From positions 496,001 to 560,000 of the forward strand of contig CAXXQE010000006.1 in the NCBI GenBank assembly GCA_963665615.2: a DNA stretch of 64,000 bases, given 5' to 3'. Both the position numbers and the translations under genes were made by a program. Below are positions 1 to 9,738 of this stretch, in pieces. Each line of letters opens with the position of its first letter. Within the stretch, counting starts at the first letter, position 1. Under the pieces are notes generated by a model. It saw nothing but the letters and a program-made list of their open reading frames with translations. It was not told the DNA's origin and made no database searches. Source of the DNA: Syntrophales bacterium. Its GTDB lineage: Bacteria; Desulfobacterota; Syntrophia; Syntrophales; UBA4778.

Positions 1-10
1 CGAAGAGGAC

Positions 11-574
11 TCAGCGCATCAACGAATGCGCCGCTTCTTCAGCCTGTTGCAGGATGCCTTCCGGAACCGCGACACCGGGGACCAGGCCACAGGCACGGAT
101 CAGTCGTATATCGTTGAATCCCAGCATCGTTAAAAACATTTTATTGCGTTGAAAGACGTCGGCAAAAATTTTTTCATCCGGATTCCCCTGCGTGAGGATA
201 AAAACGAGTTTTTTCGGCTCAAGGCGGCTTGGGCTCGAATTGGTTAAAAAATCAGGTTTGAAATACGAGAAGGTGCGATCCAAGTACGTTTTGTATTGTC
301 CGGTGACATCTCCGAAATAAACGGGAGTTGCCAGCACGACGGCATCTGCCGTTCGTACCGCGTCCAACACCTCGGTCAGGTCGTCTTTTAACACGCAGTG
401 GTCGAGAGTGGTCTTACAGGCGTGACATCCCTGACAGCCGCGGTAGGAAAGCTGGTTCAATTCATAGATTGCAGTCTCGGCGCCAAGGTCCTTAGCGGTG
501 TCCGCTAACTGCCTTGCAATCGTGGCGCTGTTTCCTTTCGAACGCGGACTTCCGAGTATCGTTACAATTTTCAT
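11..574 (-). CDS. Flavodoxin-fold iron-sulfur flavoprotein (Isf / NADPH-dependent FMN reductase family)
   Basis: GSPRxxGNS FMN loop, CQGCHACxxxxxxC cluster motif, ATPVYFG; start set at MKIVT with AGAAAGGA RBS. Confidence 0.9.
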   Translation of the reverse strand: MKIVTILGSPRSKGNSATIARQLADTAKDLGAETAIYELNQLSYRGCQGCHACKTTLDHCVLKDDLTEVLDAVRTADAVVLATPVYFGDVTGQYKTYLDRTFSYFKPDFLTNSSPSRLEPKKLVFILTQGNPDEKIFADVFQRNKMFLTMLGFNDIRLIRACGLVPGVAVPEGILQQAEEAAHSLMR

Positions 575-730
575 GTCATGTTCCTTTCTGATGAATTTTT
601 CCGTTCGCTTATCCCGCGACACGTCGCGGGGTAAGCAAGTGAATCACGACAAAACATTTTCCTTTAAAATCAGGGATTCACCAGGGTTTGCTCTGAGGAG
701 TCCCTGATTTCATGAAACAAGTTGCGGAAC

Positions 731-759
731 AATATAGCGGCACATGGGATGATTTGCAA
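731..759 (-). promoter_or_regulatory. Putative sigma70 promoter for the flavoprotein gene
   Basis: Minus strand TTGCAA-N17-TATATT. Confidence 0.5.
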
Positions 760-782
760 GAATACGCCTGTCTTTGATTATA

Positions 783-823
783 AACAAAGAAGGAGGCATG
801 AAGATATTTCTTGCCCCCTTCTT
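783..823 (-). terminator. Putative intrinsic terminator after the MCP gene
   Basis: Minus strand AAGAAGGGGGCA...TGCCTCCTTCTT followed by TGTTT. Confidence 0.45.
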
Positions 824-983
824 GTAAAATATATTTTTGAGAATTTTGGGACTGTCGGATAATTTATCCGCAGTGCGTACTCGAAGAACTTGCGGCTAAA
901 GAATAATCCCTCGATACCTGCAAACGTCAGCCGCACAAACGGCTCTCCTCTGCTTCAAGAGCACGGCAAATGTCTTCGCGCGT

Positions 984-2519
984 TTAAAGCGTTGCGGGCA
1001 GCATCGTCTCATCTTCGGAAGAACCCTCCTCAAACGCCACTGCGTCATCAGTAGCGCGACGATCCGATGCATCGAGATGCTCATCCGCCTGACTGCCGCC
1101 AATAACGTCGATCAATTCATCTACAAAATGTTTCATCTGCTGAGCCTGGGCTGTCATTTCTTCCGAAGCCGCAGCCGATTCCTCGGCATTGGCAACGTTT
1201 TGCTGGACAATTTTGTCTATTTCCATCACCGCCTTGTTAATCTGCTCAATGCCCCTCGCCTGCTCATTGGAAGATGACGTAATTTCTTCAACCAAGTCGG
1301 CCACTTCCTTGGAACCCTCTGAGACAAGCTTGAAGGCTTCGTTTGTCTTGTTGACTAACAACAAACCGCTTTTGGTCTGCTTGATGGTGTTTTCAATGAT
1401 AACTGCTGTGTTCCTGGCGGCATCCGCTGCGCGGATCGCCAGGCTCCGAACTTCATCCGCCACCACGGCAAATCCGGCTCCTGCAGAACCTGCTCTGGCA
1501 GCCTCTACAGCGGCGTTAAGGGCAAGCAGATTGGTCTGAAACGCAATCTCATCGATCGTTTTAACAATCCGTCCGGTTTCTTCGCTGGCCTTTGTAATGT
1601 CTTTAATAAAGACATTCAACTCAGTTATTGCCTGACCGGTTTCTTCGACGACTTTGCTGTTGCCTTGGATTAACGCATTGGCCTGATTAGCATTATCGGC
1701 ATTCCTTCGCGTCATGGTGGCCATCTCTTCCATAGAAGACGAGGTCTCCTCGAGGCTGGCCGCCTGATCGGTCGCATCATGGGCAAGCGCCTGACTCGAC
1801 GAAGACACCTCTCCCGCCGCCGCAGCCACTTGATCGGCCGCATCGGTAAGACCGGCGGCGACGCGGTTAATGGGTTTCACGATCCCCTTGGAAAGAAAAT
1901 ATGCAATGGTAACGCCCAAAATAAGGCCAATGCTTCCAAACAAGAGCATCCAGAAGCTGCCGAGCAGCATATTTTCGCGTTTTGCATCGGCAATCGTTTT
2001 CTCCATCTCTTTTTCCTGTAATTTAACGAGCCGTTGAGTGTCGTCAATAATGCCCGCCATGTGATCATCGATCATTGACAAAGTGCCCCGCGCCTCTTCC
2101 ATCGCATTCTCGTCGATCGCAGCGGCTATTCTCTGAACATAGGGCCCCATAGAATTCAGATTCATTCCAATACCGGCCAAGATCGTCTTGGCTTGGGGGG
2201 TAAAATTGTACTTGGATAACATGCGCTGATTCTCCGCAGATCCCGCCAAAGCCTTCTCTAGATTTTCCTTTACGACCTGCCGATCTTCTGCATTTACAAT
2301 GACCAGGTTGCGCAATAATAGAGAAATCTCCTTGGTTTGATCTATTACGCGATTGACGATCTGAATTTTCTGTGTCTCCGTCCGGTAGATCGCCGTTATA
2401 CCATTGCTCAGGCTATTCATCCTGATAATAGCGATACCCGTAATCAGGATCATCAACGTCAATATGACGGCAAAGCCCAAGCCAATGCGTATGCCCAACC
2501 TCATTTTTGCTATCTGCAT
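984..2519 (-). CDS. Methyl-accepting chemotaxis protein
   Basis: Two TM segments flanking a helical sensor; [40 protein letters not shown] signalling signature. Confidence 0.96.
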   Translation of the reverse strand: MQIAKMRLGIRIGLGFAVILTLMILITGIAIIRMNSLSNGITAIYRTETQKIQIVNRVIDQTKEISLLLRNLVIVNAEDRQVVKENLEKALAGSAENQRMLSKYNFTPQAKTILAGIGMNLNSMGPYVQRIAAAIDENAMEEARGTLSMIDDHMAGIIDDTQRLVKLQEKEMEKTIADAKRENMLLGSFWMLLFGSIGLILGVTIAYFLSKGIVKPINRVAAGLTDAADQVAAAAGEVSSSSQALAHDATDQAASLEETSSSMEEMATMTRRNADNANQANALIQGNSKVVEETGQAITELNVFIKDITKASEETGRIVKTIDEIAFQTNLLALNAAVEAARAGSAGAGFAVVADEVRSLAIRAADAARNTAVIIENTIKQTKSGLLLVNKTNEAFKLVSEGSKEVADLVEEITSSSNEQARGIEQINKAVMEIDKIVQQNVANAEESAAASEEMTAQAQQMKHFVDELIDVIGGSQADEHLDASDRRATDDAVAFEEGSSEDETMLPATL

Positions 2520-2748
2520 ATAAGCCCCCTTTGTCGAAACAGAGTATGATTCTCGATTAAACCGTATTGAGATGCTAATCTTTCCACAGCTGTTTATAAT
2601 TTTTAAACGGATTCAGAATCTCGTCTGTTTCCAGATGGAATTTTGCAAATCTTAATTCTTGGCATATTCGGCGCATGTAGGAATACCCCGATACTTGAGC
2701 GCTCTATTTTTCCTATTATTTTTTTCGATTGACTAGATGTTGCCCTTA

Positions 2749-2775
2749 TTATCGGTTCTGAAATCAGATTCTTTA
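2749..2775 (-). promoter_or_regulatory. sigma28 (FliA)-type promoter for the MCP gene
   Basis: Minus strand TAAA-N15-ACCGATAA versus consensus TAAA-N15-GCCGATAA. Confidence 0.75.
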
Positions 2776-3016
2776 GCCATAAGACAACATATTGATTTTT
2801 TTAAAGAAGCTTTCTATTAAATTACAATCAATGAACTTGAGGCAGACGGAGGGAGGATAGGAGACACAAAGGATAGTTATTTATTCCACAGCACGTTGAC
2901 GCTGTCCCATAGGGCGGCCATTGGAAGCGTTTTCGGAGACTCGCCGGAGCTTGCTCCAGTGAGTCTCCAACGCCTAAGGAAAAGATTTGTATATGATTCA
3001 ATCGCTTATCCCGCCA

Positions 3017-3946
3017 CTAGCTGCGAGGGAGGTGCTCACTGCCGGGTTCCCCTAATAAGATATTGGCGGGAACGATGTGATCGTGCCGATAGTTCCGACG
3101 CTTTACCATTTTACGAGCGTTTCCATTGCAGACTCTTACACACTGAGCACAACCGAAACACTTTTTGTAGTTGACGACAATCTTCTCATCCTGAACGGTG
3201 TTCGCCCCGAAAAAGCAAGCCGATACACACTGACCACACTGCTCAGCCCCCAGGCACTGTTCCGGGGCCTGTAAAACGATCTGTGGACCTGAATAGGCCA
3301 TCTGGCCCGACGCCAGGTACAGACGTATCAGCACGCAGATTTCCTTGTCACAGTTACAGATAACAAAGTACCACTGTCCGGACTGCATACAGAAATCAAG
3401 CGTCTGAACCAAGCCGGCGTCTCGACACTGTTCAACGATTGTAATCGCTTCTTCAGGTTCAATAATCCGATATCCCAGATTCAAACTGAGGTAAATCTCA
3501 GCGCCATAAAGAACGACAATATCCTTGCAAGACGGTTCCTGCCATCGATCCAAGGATTTTTGACAGACACAGGGCCCTACGGCCAGCTTTGGAGAGTTTT
3601 CCTGAGATTGCATGCCGCCGATAAAGCGGATGACCTGGATCGCCTGATCGGCCGTAACCACGATACTGTGAGGCAAATAACGACCCAATGTCGCACAGAC
3701 GAGCGTAAGATACCGACGGCCGATGACGTTGTTAGAAAAGAATTTTTTCCGCAGATGCCAGTCCACTATTCTCAAGATCGTCGGTTCGTATTTACCGTAG
3801 ATCCAATGCAAGAAATAGTGGAACTTGCCGATCGGCGCCGCAACCCCGGTGCGATCGAAGGCAATATGACCAATCACCATCAGCCAGAGCGGCGCCGAGG
3901 AAAGATGGTTAAATGTAGCCGTATTGAAAAATATGTCAGCTGCCAT
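3017..3946 (-). CDS. 4Fe-4S dicluster domain protein
   Basis: CxC, ICNC, CxxxxxCxxCxxxC and CxxCxxCxxxC motifs; GGAGAGG RBS before MAADIF. Confidence 0.8.
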   Translation of the reverse strand: MAADIFFNTATFNHLSSAPLWLMVIGHIAFDRTGVAAPIGKFHYFLHWIYGKYEPTILRIVDWHLRKKFFSNNVIGRRYLTLVCATLGRYLPHSIVVTADQAIQVIRFIGGMQSQENSPKLAVGPCVCQKSLDRWQEPSCKDIVVLYGAEIYLSLNLGYRIIEPEEAITIVEQCRDAGLVQTLDFCMQSGQWYFVICNCDKEICVLIRLYLASGQMAYSGPQIVLQAPEQCLGAEQCGQCVSACFFGANTVQDEKIVVNYKKCFGCAQCVRVCNGNARKMVKRRNYRHDHIVPANILLGEPGSEHLPRS

Positions 3947-4020
3947 ACAATCCCCTCTCCCCCAAAAAGACAACGGCCGATTCCCATGGTTTCAAGAGAA
4001 TCGGCCGCATCTCTCGACTG

Positions 4021-5165
4021 TTATCGCAGAATCTGGTTGGCGATAATGATCCGCTGAATCTGGTTTGTCCCTTCGTATATCTGCGTGATCTTCGCATCGC
4101 GCATCATGCGCTCAACCGGATACTCCCGACTGTAACCGTAACCCCCGAACACCTGTACCGCATCGGTCGTCACCTTCATCGCCACGTCGGAGGCGTACCA
4201 CTTCGCCATCGACGACAGCTTCGGAATCTCCAGCGAATCCGGCTCGTTGTCTATCGTCGAGGCCGCACGGTAAACCATCGATCGCGCCGTCTCCACCTGA
4301 AGCGCCATCTCAGCCAGCATCCACTGCATCCCCTGGAACGACGACAGCGCTTTGCCGAACTGGACTCGCTCCTTGGCGTAGGCGATCGCCGCATTCATCG
4401 CCCCTTCGGCAATACCCAGTGCCTGCGCCCCGACCGCCGGACGCGTGTAGTTGAATGTCTCCATCAGGGTCTTGAATCCGGTGCCCTCTGCCCCGATCAG
4501 GCGGTTCTCGGGAACAAACATGTCCTCAAAGACCAACTCCCGCGTATCCGAACCGTGAAGACCCAGCTTGTGTTCCTTCTTGCCGATCGTCAAGCCCTTC
4601 TCGCCCTTCTCTATGATCAGGAGGCTGATGCCCTTGTTGCCCTTGCTCTTGTCCGTGTAGCACACCACCGTGATGATCTCGGACTCGCCACCGTCGGTAA
4701 TGAAAATCTTGGAACCGTTGAGAATGTATCCGCCGTCAACCTTCGTCGCCGTCGTCTTCATCCCCGCCACGTCGGAACCCGCGCCCGGCTCGGTAATCCC
4801 GCAGGCACCCAGGCATTCGCCGGAAGCCAGTCGGTAAAGGTAATTCTGCTTGATCTCATCGCTGCCCGCCAGCAACATCGGATCAGACGCCAGCGCCTGG
4901 GTCGTCAAAATAACCCCCGTCGAGCAGCAGACCTTGGCGACCTCTTCCTCTACGAGACACAAACCCACCGTACCCGCGCCCACACCACCGTATTCTTCCG
5001 GAATATTGACCCCAGAAGGCCGTTCTCCGTGAGCACCTTGACAGACTCGCTCGGAAAACGCTCCTGTTCATCGACTTCCGCTGCGATGGGGGCAAAATAG
5101 CGCCCCGCAATCCGCGCTACCGTATCTTTAAGCATTCGCTGTTCTTCACTCAATATAAAATCCAT
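4021..5165 (-). pseudogene. Acyl-CoA dehydrogenase with a 1-nt frameshift (true pseudogene or sequencing error)
   Basis: N-terminus MDFILSEEQRML...GLLG continues in another frame as VNIPEEYGG...TEPGAGSD...IYEGTNQIQR; one base is missing in the C4 run at 5010-5013. Confidence 0.88.
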
Positions 5166-5329
5166 TTATTTTCCTCCCTTATCCAATTTGTAAATCACAT
5201 ATCACTATCTCTCCACGAGGATCGTATGCAGGCAAGAAGGAATGAAATACTTCTCGCCCGCACACATCATCGAGGAGTTGCCATCAAATACAGCACCATC
5301 CTTACTACAACGGCCCTTTGCCAATCGGG

Positions 5330-6520
5330 CTATATGACCTTCGACTCCCTGAGGCGTTTCAAGTCATCATCGCTCATGCCCAGGCCTTTCAGGACCTCCT
5401 CATTGTGCTCTCCCAGCATCGGACCGGGCTTGTCCACCTTGCCGGGCGTCCTGGAAAACTTCACCGTGGGACCGACGACTTTCATGGTTCCCGCAACGGC
5501 ATGCTCCACATCCACCAACATGCCCCGTTGCGTATAGTGGGGATCGTTGACCGCTTCGTCGATGGTATAGATCGGTCCGATCGGAACGTCTTTCTTGTCA
5601 AACTGTTCGATAAGCTCCGCTTTTGTATACTGAGATACATACGCGTTGATCGCCGCATCTACCCATGCGCCGTTCTGCGTCCTCGTCTGGTTCGAGGCAA
5701 ACCGCGGATCGTCCTTCATATCGCTGCGACCAATGGCATCCGCCAGCCGATGCGCCACACTGTTGCTCGCTGTCGCCAAGGCCACCCAGCCGTCTTTTGC
5801 ATGATAGAAATTGTAGGGCGCCAAGGTGGGATGACAATTGCCGATCCGGCCGCCAACCTGACCGCTGGCCGTGTATCGAAGAATCGCATGCTCGAGAATG
5901 GAGAAGATCCCATCGGCCATGGCCACATCGACATGCTGACCCTTGCCCGATACCGACCGCTCGTAGAGGGCCCCGCAAACGCCGATGGCGCACCAAAGCG
6001 CCGCCGCCAGATCGCCCAGGGGAACCCCGACTTTCGTGGGGGGGCCGTCCGGGTACCCGTTGATGGACGCGATACCGCCCATGCCCTGCGCGATGGGGTC
6101 ATAGGCCACTTTCGTTACATAGGGGCTGTCCTTCTGTCCGAATCCGGAGATGGACGCCATGATGATGCGGGGATTGAGTTTGGAGAGGGTTTCATAATCC
6201 ACGCCGAATTCTTTCATCGTTCCCGGCGTGAAATTCTCTATGACGACATCGGCGGTTTTCGCCAATTCTCTAAAAATCTTTTGTCCTTCTGGTTTCTTGA
6301 GACTGAGGGTAATGCCTTTCTTGTTGCGGTTGATCGCATGGAAATACGTGCTCTCCCCTTTGATAAAGGGCGCGCCTGTCCGGCTCTCATCGCCAACGTC
6401 CGGCATTTCTATCTTGATGACCTCTGCGCCTAAATCCGCCAAAATCGACGCACAGAAGGGACCCGACAGCACTCTCGTTATATCCAGTACCTTGATCTTA
6501 TTTAACGCTCCTGTTTCCAT
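5330..6520 (-). CDS. Class III CoA-transferase (CaiB/BaiF family)
   Basis: VLDITRVLSGP, LADLGAEVIKIE, NRNKKG, GDLAAA, PMLGEHN motifs. Confidence 0.95.
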   Translation of the reverse strand: METGALNKIKVLDITRVLSGPFCASILADLGAEVIKIEMPDVGDESRTGAPFIKGESTYFHAINRNKKGITLSLKKPEGQKIFRELAKTADVVIENFTPGTMKEFGVDYETLSKLNPRIIMASISGFGQKDSPYVTKVAYDPIAQGMGGIASINGYPDGPPTKVGVPLGDLAAALWCAIGVCGALYERSVSGKGQHVDVAMADGIFSILEHAILRYTASGQVGGRIGNCHPTLAPYNFYHAKDGWVALATASNSVAHRLADAIGRSDMKDDPRFASNQTRTQNGAWVDAAINAYVSQYTKAELIEQFDKKDVPIGPIYTIDEAVNDPHYTQRGMLVDVEHAVAGTMKVVGPTVKFSRTPGKVDKPGPMLGEHNEEVLKGLGMSDDDLKRLRESKVI

Positions 6521-6755
6521 TATTCTGTTTTCTCTCCTTTACATGTGACGTAAGCATCCGCATCTTTCAGGTGCGGCTTCGTTTTAGCCCCCTAAGGGGC
6601 AGACCCTACCTCAAAAGGAGGCAGGTCATTTTGTTGTACCGCAAATCTTTATTTTAGCAATCAAAGCTGCTCCAACCGCCTTCCTTGCCTCTCCCGGGTG
6701 ACGAGAGATCCGTCCATGCGACAAGAAATACAATGATCGCAACTATGGATTTTGT

Positions 6756-6784
6756 TTGATAACATTACATATTAGTCATGTCAA
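6756..6784 (-). promoter_or_regulatory. Putative sigma70 promoter for the CoA-transferase operon
   Basis: Minus strand TTGACA-N17-TATCAA with TG extension. Confidence 0.55.
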
Positions 6785-7034
6785 TTAATTTGTGGGAATG
6801 ACCTTTCGGGCTTGGTTAGATGCCGCACCTCGCAAAGACCTCTTCTGATTTCTTGCAAATTTTGAAAAACTTCGGGTAAAATTCCATTTCATGAAAGTCT
6901 GTTGGCTTTCATAGGGGTGTTACCTCTTTTTGATCTTCTCGTCGCACCAAAAGGATTAACATCCCATGATTTCTCCACAATTTATTTTACAACACGCACA
7001 TCGGATTACAACTTCCGATTGAAACCGATTTGAC

Positions 7035-7973
7035 ATGAAGATCTTAATCATGGGCGCCGGTGCCATTGGCTGTGTCTTTGGGGGGTTTCTTTCCAAGCAT
7101 GGAAACGATGTCACGCTCATCGGCCGCGAACGACACATTGAGGCCATTCAAAACAAGGGCATAAGAATCAGCGGGATCTGGGGGGATCATCTTATCCGGA
7201 ACATCGTGGGCGTAACGCGGGTTCAAGATATCGTTGAAAAGGATTTCGACGTTATTCTGCTTGCGGCGAAGTCCTTCGATACGGAGGAAGCCGTAAACCA
7301 GATCCTTCCCTTTGTGGAGCCGAAAACCCTGATAGTCTCCCTGCAGAACGGGCTCGGCAATATCGAAACGATTGCGCATCTCGCGGGTGAAGCGCATACC
7401 ATTGGCGCCCGCGTCATCTTCGGCGTCGAACTCATCGAACCGCACCACTTCAAGGTAACGGCCATTGCCGACAAGGTAATGATCGGCGCCATATCGCCGA
7501 CCGTATCTGCCGAACGCGTCTCAGAACTCGCCGAAAAAATCAACGAATCCGGCATCCCCACTGCGGCTACCGATCAAATCGAACGCTACATCTGGTCCAA
7601 GGTACTCTACAACTGCTGTCTGAACGCCACCGCAGCTCTTCTCGACACTTGTTACGGCAAGCTCGGCGAATCCGAGGCAACACGTGCCATCATCCACGCG
7701 ATCGTTGCCGAGGTGTTGGCGGTAGCGAAAAACCGGGGGGTCGATTTGGGATATGCGGATGCCGCCGCCTACGAAAAGATTCTCTACGAGACGCTGCTTC
7801 CGGTGACCTACCCGCACCACCCTTCCACGCTTCAAGATCTCAGGGCAGGAAAGAGAACAGAAATCGAGGCCCTCAACGGCGCCATCGTCCGGTTCGGTGC
7901 CGAGAAGGGCATTTCGACCCCTGTCAACTGGGTCCTGACCCAGCTCATCCACGGCAAAGAGGCCCTCAGATAA
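7035..7973 (+). CDS. panE: 2-dehydropantoate 2-reductase (ApbA/PanE family)
   Basis: GAGAIG Rossmann motif, LQNGLG, WSKVLYN, STLQD, RTEIEALNG. Confidence 0.9.
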   Translation: MKILIMGAGAIGCVFGGFLSKHGNDVTLIGRERHIEAIQNKGIRISGIWGDHLIRNIVGVTRVQDIVEKDFDVILLAAKSFDTEEAVNQILPFVEPKTLIVSLQNGLGNIETIAHLAGEAHTIGARVIFGVELIEPHHFKVTAIADKVMIGAISPTVSAERVSELAEKINESGIPTAATDQIERYIWSKVLYNCCLNATAALLDTCYGKLGESEATRAIIHAIVAEVLAVAKNRGVDLGYADAAAYEKILYETLLPVTYPHHPSTLQDLRAGKRTEIEALNGAIVRFGAEKGISTPVNWVLTQLIHGKEALR

Positions 7974-8031
7974 GACACGATCTGCCGGATTTAAGCGTGC
8001 ATTGCAAGCTTTTAGCTGCCGCATTTTCTGC

Positions 8032-8062
8032 TTGACTCGTCTACTGCTTCACACCTTAGCCT
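8032..8062 (+). promoter_or_regulatory. MerR-type promoter with 19-bp spacer
   Basis: TTGACT-N19-TAGCCT upstream of the small gene and merR-family gene. Confidence 0.65.
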
Positions 8063-8111
8063 CACGTCTGTCATGGCCATGGCAAAATCATGTGAACGAA
8101 AGGAGACGAAA

Positions 8112-8291
8112 ATGAAGCACACAGTCACAGTCGATGAATGGGTCAGGCGTTTCCGGGCGATCGGTCTGGATGATGCAGCGATGAAAAAATGGCACCGCCT
8201 GTTCGAGGAAGAAAATCCCGAAGGACACCAGAGTTTTCTGGAGTGGTTGGGGTTACCCGCCGACAAGATCAGCGGCATTCGTAACATCTGA
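8112..8291 (+). CDS. 59-aa protein homologous to the C-terminal domain of the adjacent MerR regulator
   Basis: AAGGAG RBS; W..FRAIGLDDAAMKKWHRLFE...PEGHQSFLEWLG aligns with W..LRAAGMDEAGMKRWHAEFE...PEAHHQFLRALG. Confidence 0.85.
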   Translation: MKHTVTVDEWVRRFRAIGLDDAAMKKWHRLFEEENPEGHQSFLEWLGLPADKISGIRNI

Positions 8292-8295
8292 GTTT

Positions 8296-8337
8296 AACGG
8301 GTGAGCGCACTCGCTAATGAGAGCGCTCACCCGTTTT
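8296..8337 (+). terminator. Hairpin between the small gene and the MerR gene
   Basis: 13-bp perfect stem AACGGGTGAGCGC/GCGCTCACCCGTT with a short T tail. Confidence 0.6.
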
Positions 8338-8355
8338 CCCGAAACGAGGATCAAG

Positions 8356-8913
8356 ATGTTTATATCTGAACTTGCAAAAAAATTCGGCCTCTCTCGCAGC
8401 ACCCTGCTGTATTACGACCGCATTGGGTTCCTGACGCCCTCAGGCCGCAGCGATGCCGGCTATCGACATTATTCGCAACAGGACATCGAACGGCTGGCTA
8501 AAATTACCAGCTTCCGGCAGGCAGGACTGACCATCGAGAATATCAAACACATCCTGTCCCCAGAAGATCCGGAGGGCGAGGTCTTGCAGCGTCGTCTACG
8601 CGAGCTTAGCGAGGAAATTCGAATCTTGCAGAGCCAGCAGCGATTACTCGGACAGATGCTCCAGGTCCGGGCTCTCGGGCAGATACCGGCAACCGTCGAT
8701 AAGCAGGCATGGATAGACATGTTACGAGCGGCGGGGATGGACGAAGCCGGCATGAAACGGTGGCACGCCGAATTTGAACGTCGAACCCCGGAAGCGCACC
8801 ATCAGTTTTTACGCGCCCTCGGTGTTTCAGAAGAAGAGGCGCTAGTGATCCGTGAGCAGTCTAAAAAACAGACAGGCCCTAATGTGGCGGACTGCATCAA
8901 AACGCCAGGCTGA
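8356..8913 (+). CDS. MerR-family transcriptional regulator
   Basis: ISELAKKFGLSRSTLLYYDRIG...GYRHY HTH; GAGG RBS before ATG 8356. Confidence 0.93.
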   Translation: MFISELAKKFGLSRSTLLYYDRIGFLTPSGRSDAGYRHYSQQDIERLAKITSFRQAGLTIENIKHILSPEDPEGEVLQRRLRELSEEIRILQSQQRLLGQMLQVRALGQIPATVDKQAWIDMLRAAGMDEAGMKRWHAEFERRTPEAHHQFLRALGVSEEEALVIREQSKKQTGPNVADCIKTPG

Positions 8914-8948
8914 AACACATTCCTGAACCGCAACCTGCAAAAAGATGT

Positions 8949-9713
8949 CTACGAACAGACCGGTTCCAGAAACTTTTCCCGGAGTTTTTCCGTATCCGCC
9001 TTAAGGGCATCGACGACAAACGCGTCGAGACTGCCATAGGTCTCGTTGATTTCTGTCAGGGCCGCGTCGAGATAGGTCCGCTTGACCTCAAGCAGGGGTC
9101 TGATGATCTCGCCGTTTCGCCCCTGGGCATTGAGTTTGGCTATAAAGCTTTCATTCAAGGCGGCATTGCGTTGGCTGCTGGCGATATAATCATCATAAAT
9201 GGCATCAAAATCGACGCCGAGGGCCGTCAGGAGGAATACGACCGCCAGTCCCGTTCGATCTTTCCCCGCGGCACAGTGAAAAACCACCGGCAGTTGCACG
9301 CCGTCTGCCAGCGCGCCGAGAAACCGTTGGTAGGCGCCATGGTTTTCGCGGACAATCCTGCGGTAATCGTTTATCAGCAAGTTCTCCAGTCCGGCGGCGT
9401 CATTGGCTTCCAGATACGCTGCGACCTGATCTCTAGCGGGGTCATCGATGGCGATACTTTTGATTTCGCGGACGGTTGCAACCGGCCGATTCGGTCGATA
9501 GCGCCGCTCCCTTTCCGATCGAAAATCGATGATCGTGGCCAGGCTGAGATGTTCGAGCAGGGCGATGTCCTGATCGGTAATCGCACTCAGGTCGCCGCTA
9601 CGGAACAGGACGCCGGTCCTGATCACAGAGCCCTTTGCCGCCGGCAGGCCGCCGAGATCGCGAAAATTATGCTGCCCCTCCAGGATCGGCGTATAGGTCT
9701 TAGAAGATTTCAT
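8949..9713 (-). CDS. Protein-tyrosine phosphatase family protein (IphP/PtpB-like)
   Basis: NFRDLGG, IIDFRS, HCAAGKDRTG P-loop. Confidence 0.92.
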   Translation of the reverse strand: MKSSKTYTPILEGQHNFRDLGGLPAAKGSVIRTGVLFRSGDLSAITDQDIALLEHLSLATIIDFRSERERRYRPNRPVATVREIKSIAIDDPARDQVAAYLEANDAAGLENLLINDYRRIVRENHGAYQRFLGALADGVQLPVVFHCAAGKDRTGLAVVFLLTALGVDFDAIYDDYIASSQRNAALNESFIAKLNAQGRNGEIIRPLLEVKRTYLDAALTEINETYGSLDAFVVDALKADTEKLREKFLEPVCS

Positions 9714-9738
9714 AGTCACATTTAAGGATTAATAAATA

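Noticed and set aside
855..873. CGGATAATTTATCCG palindrome with a DnaA-box-like half
   Set aside because: Single imperfect box with no supporting cluster
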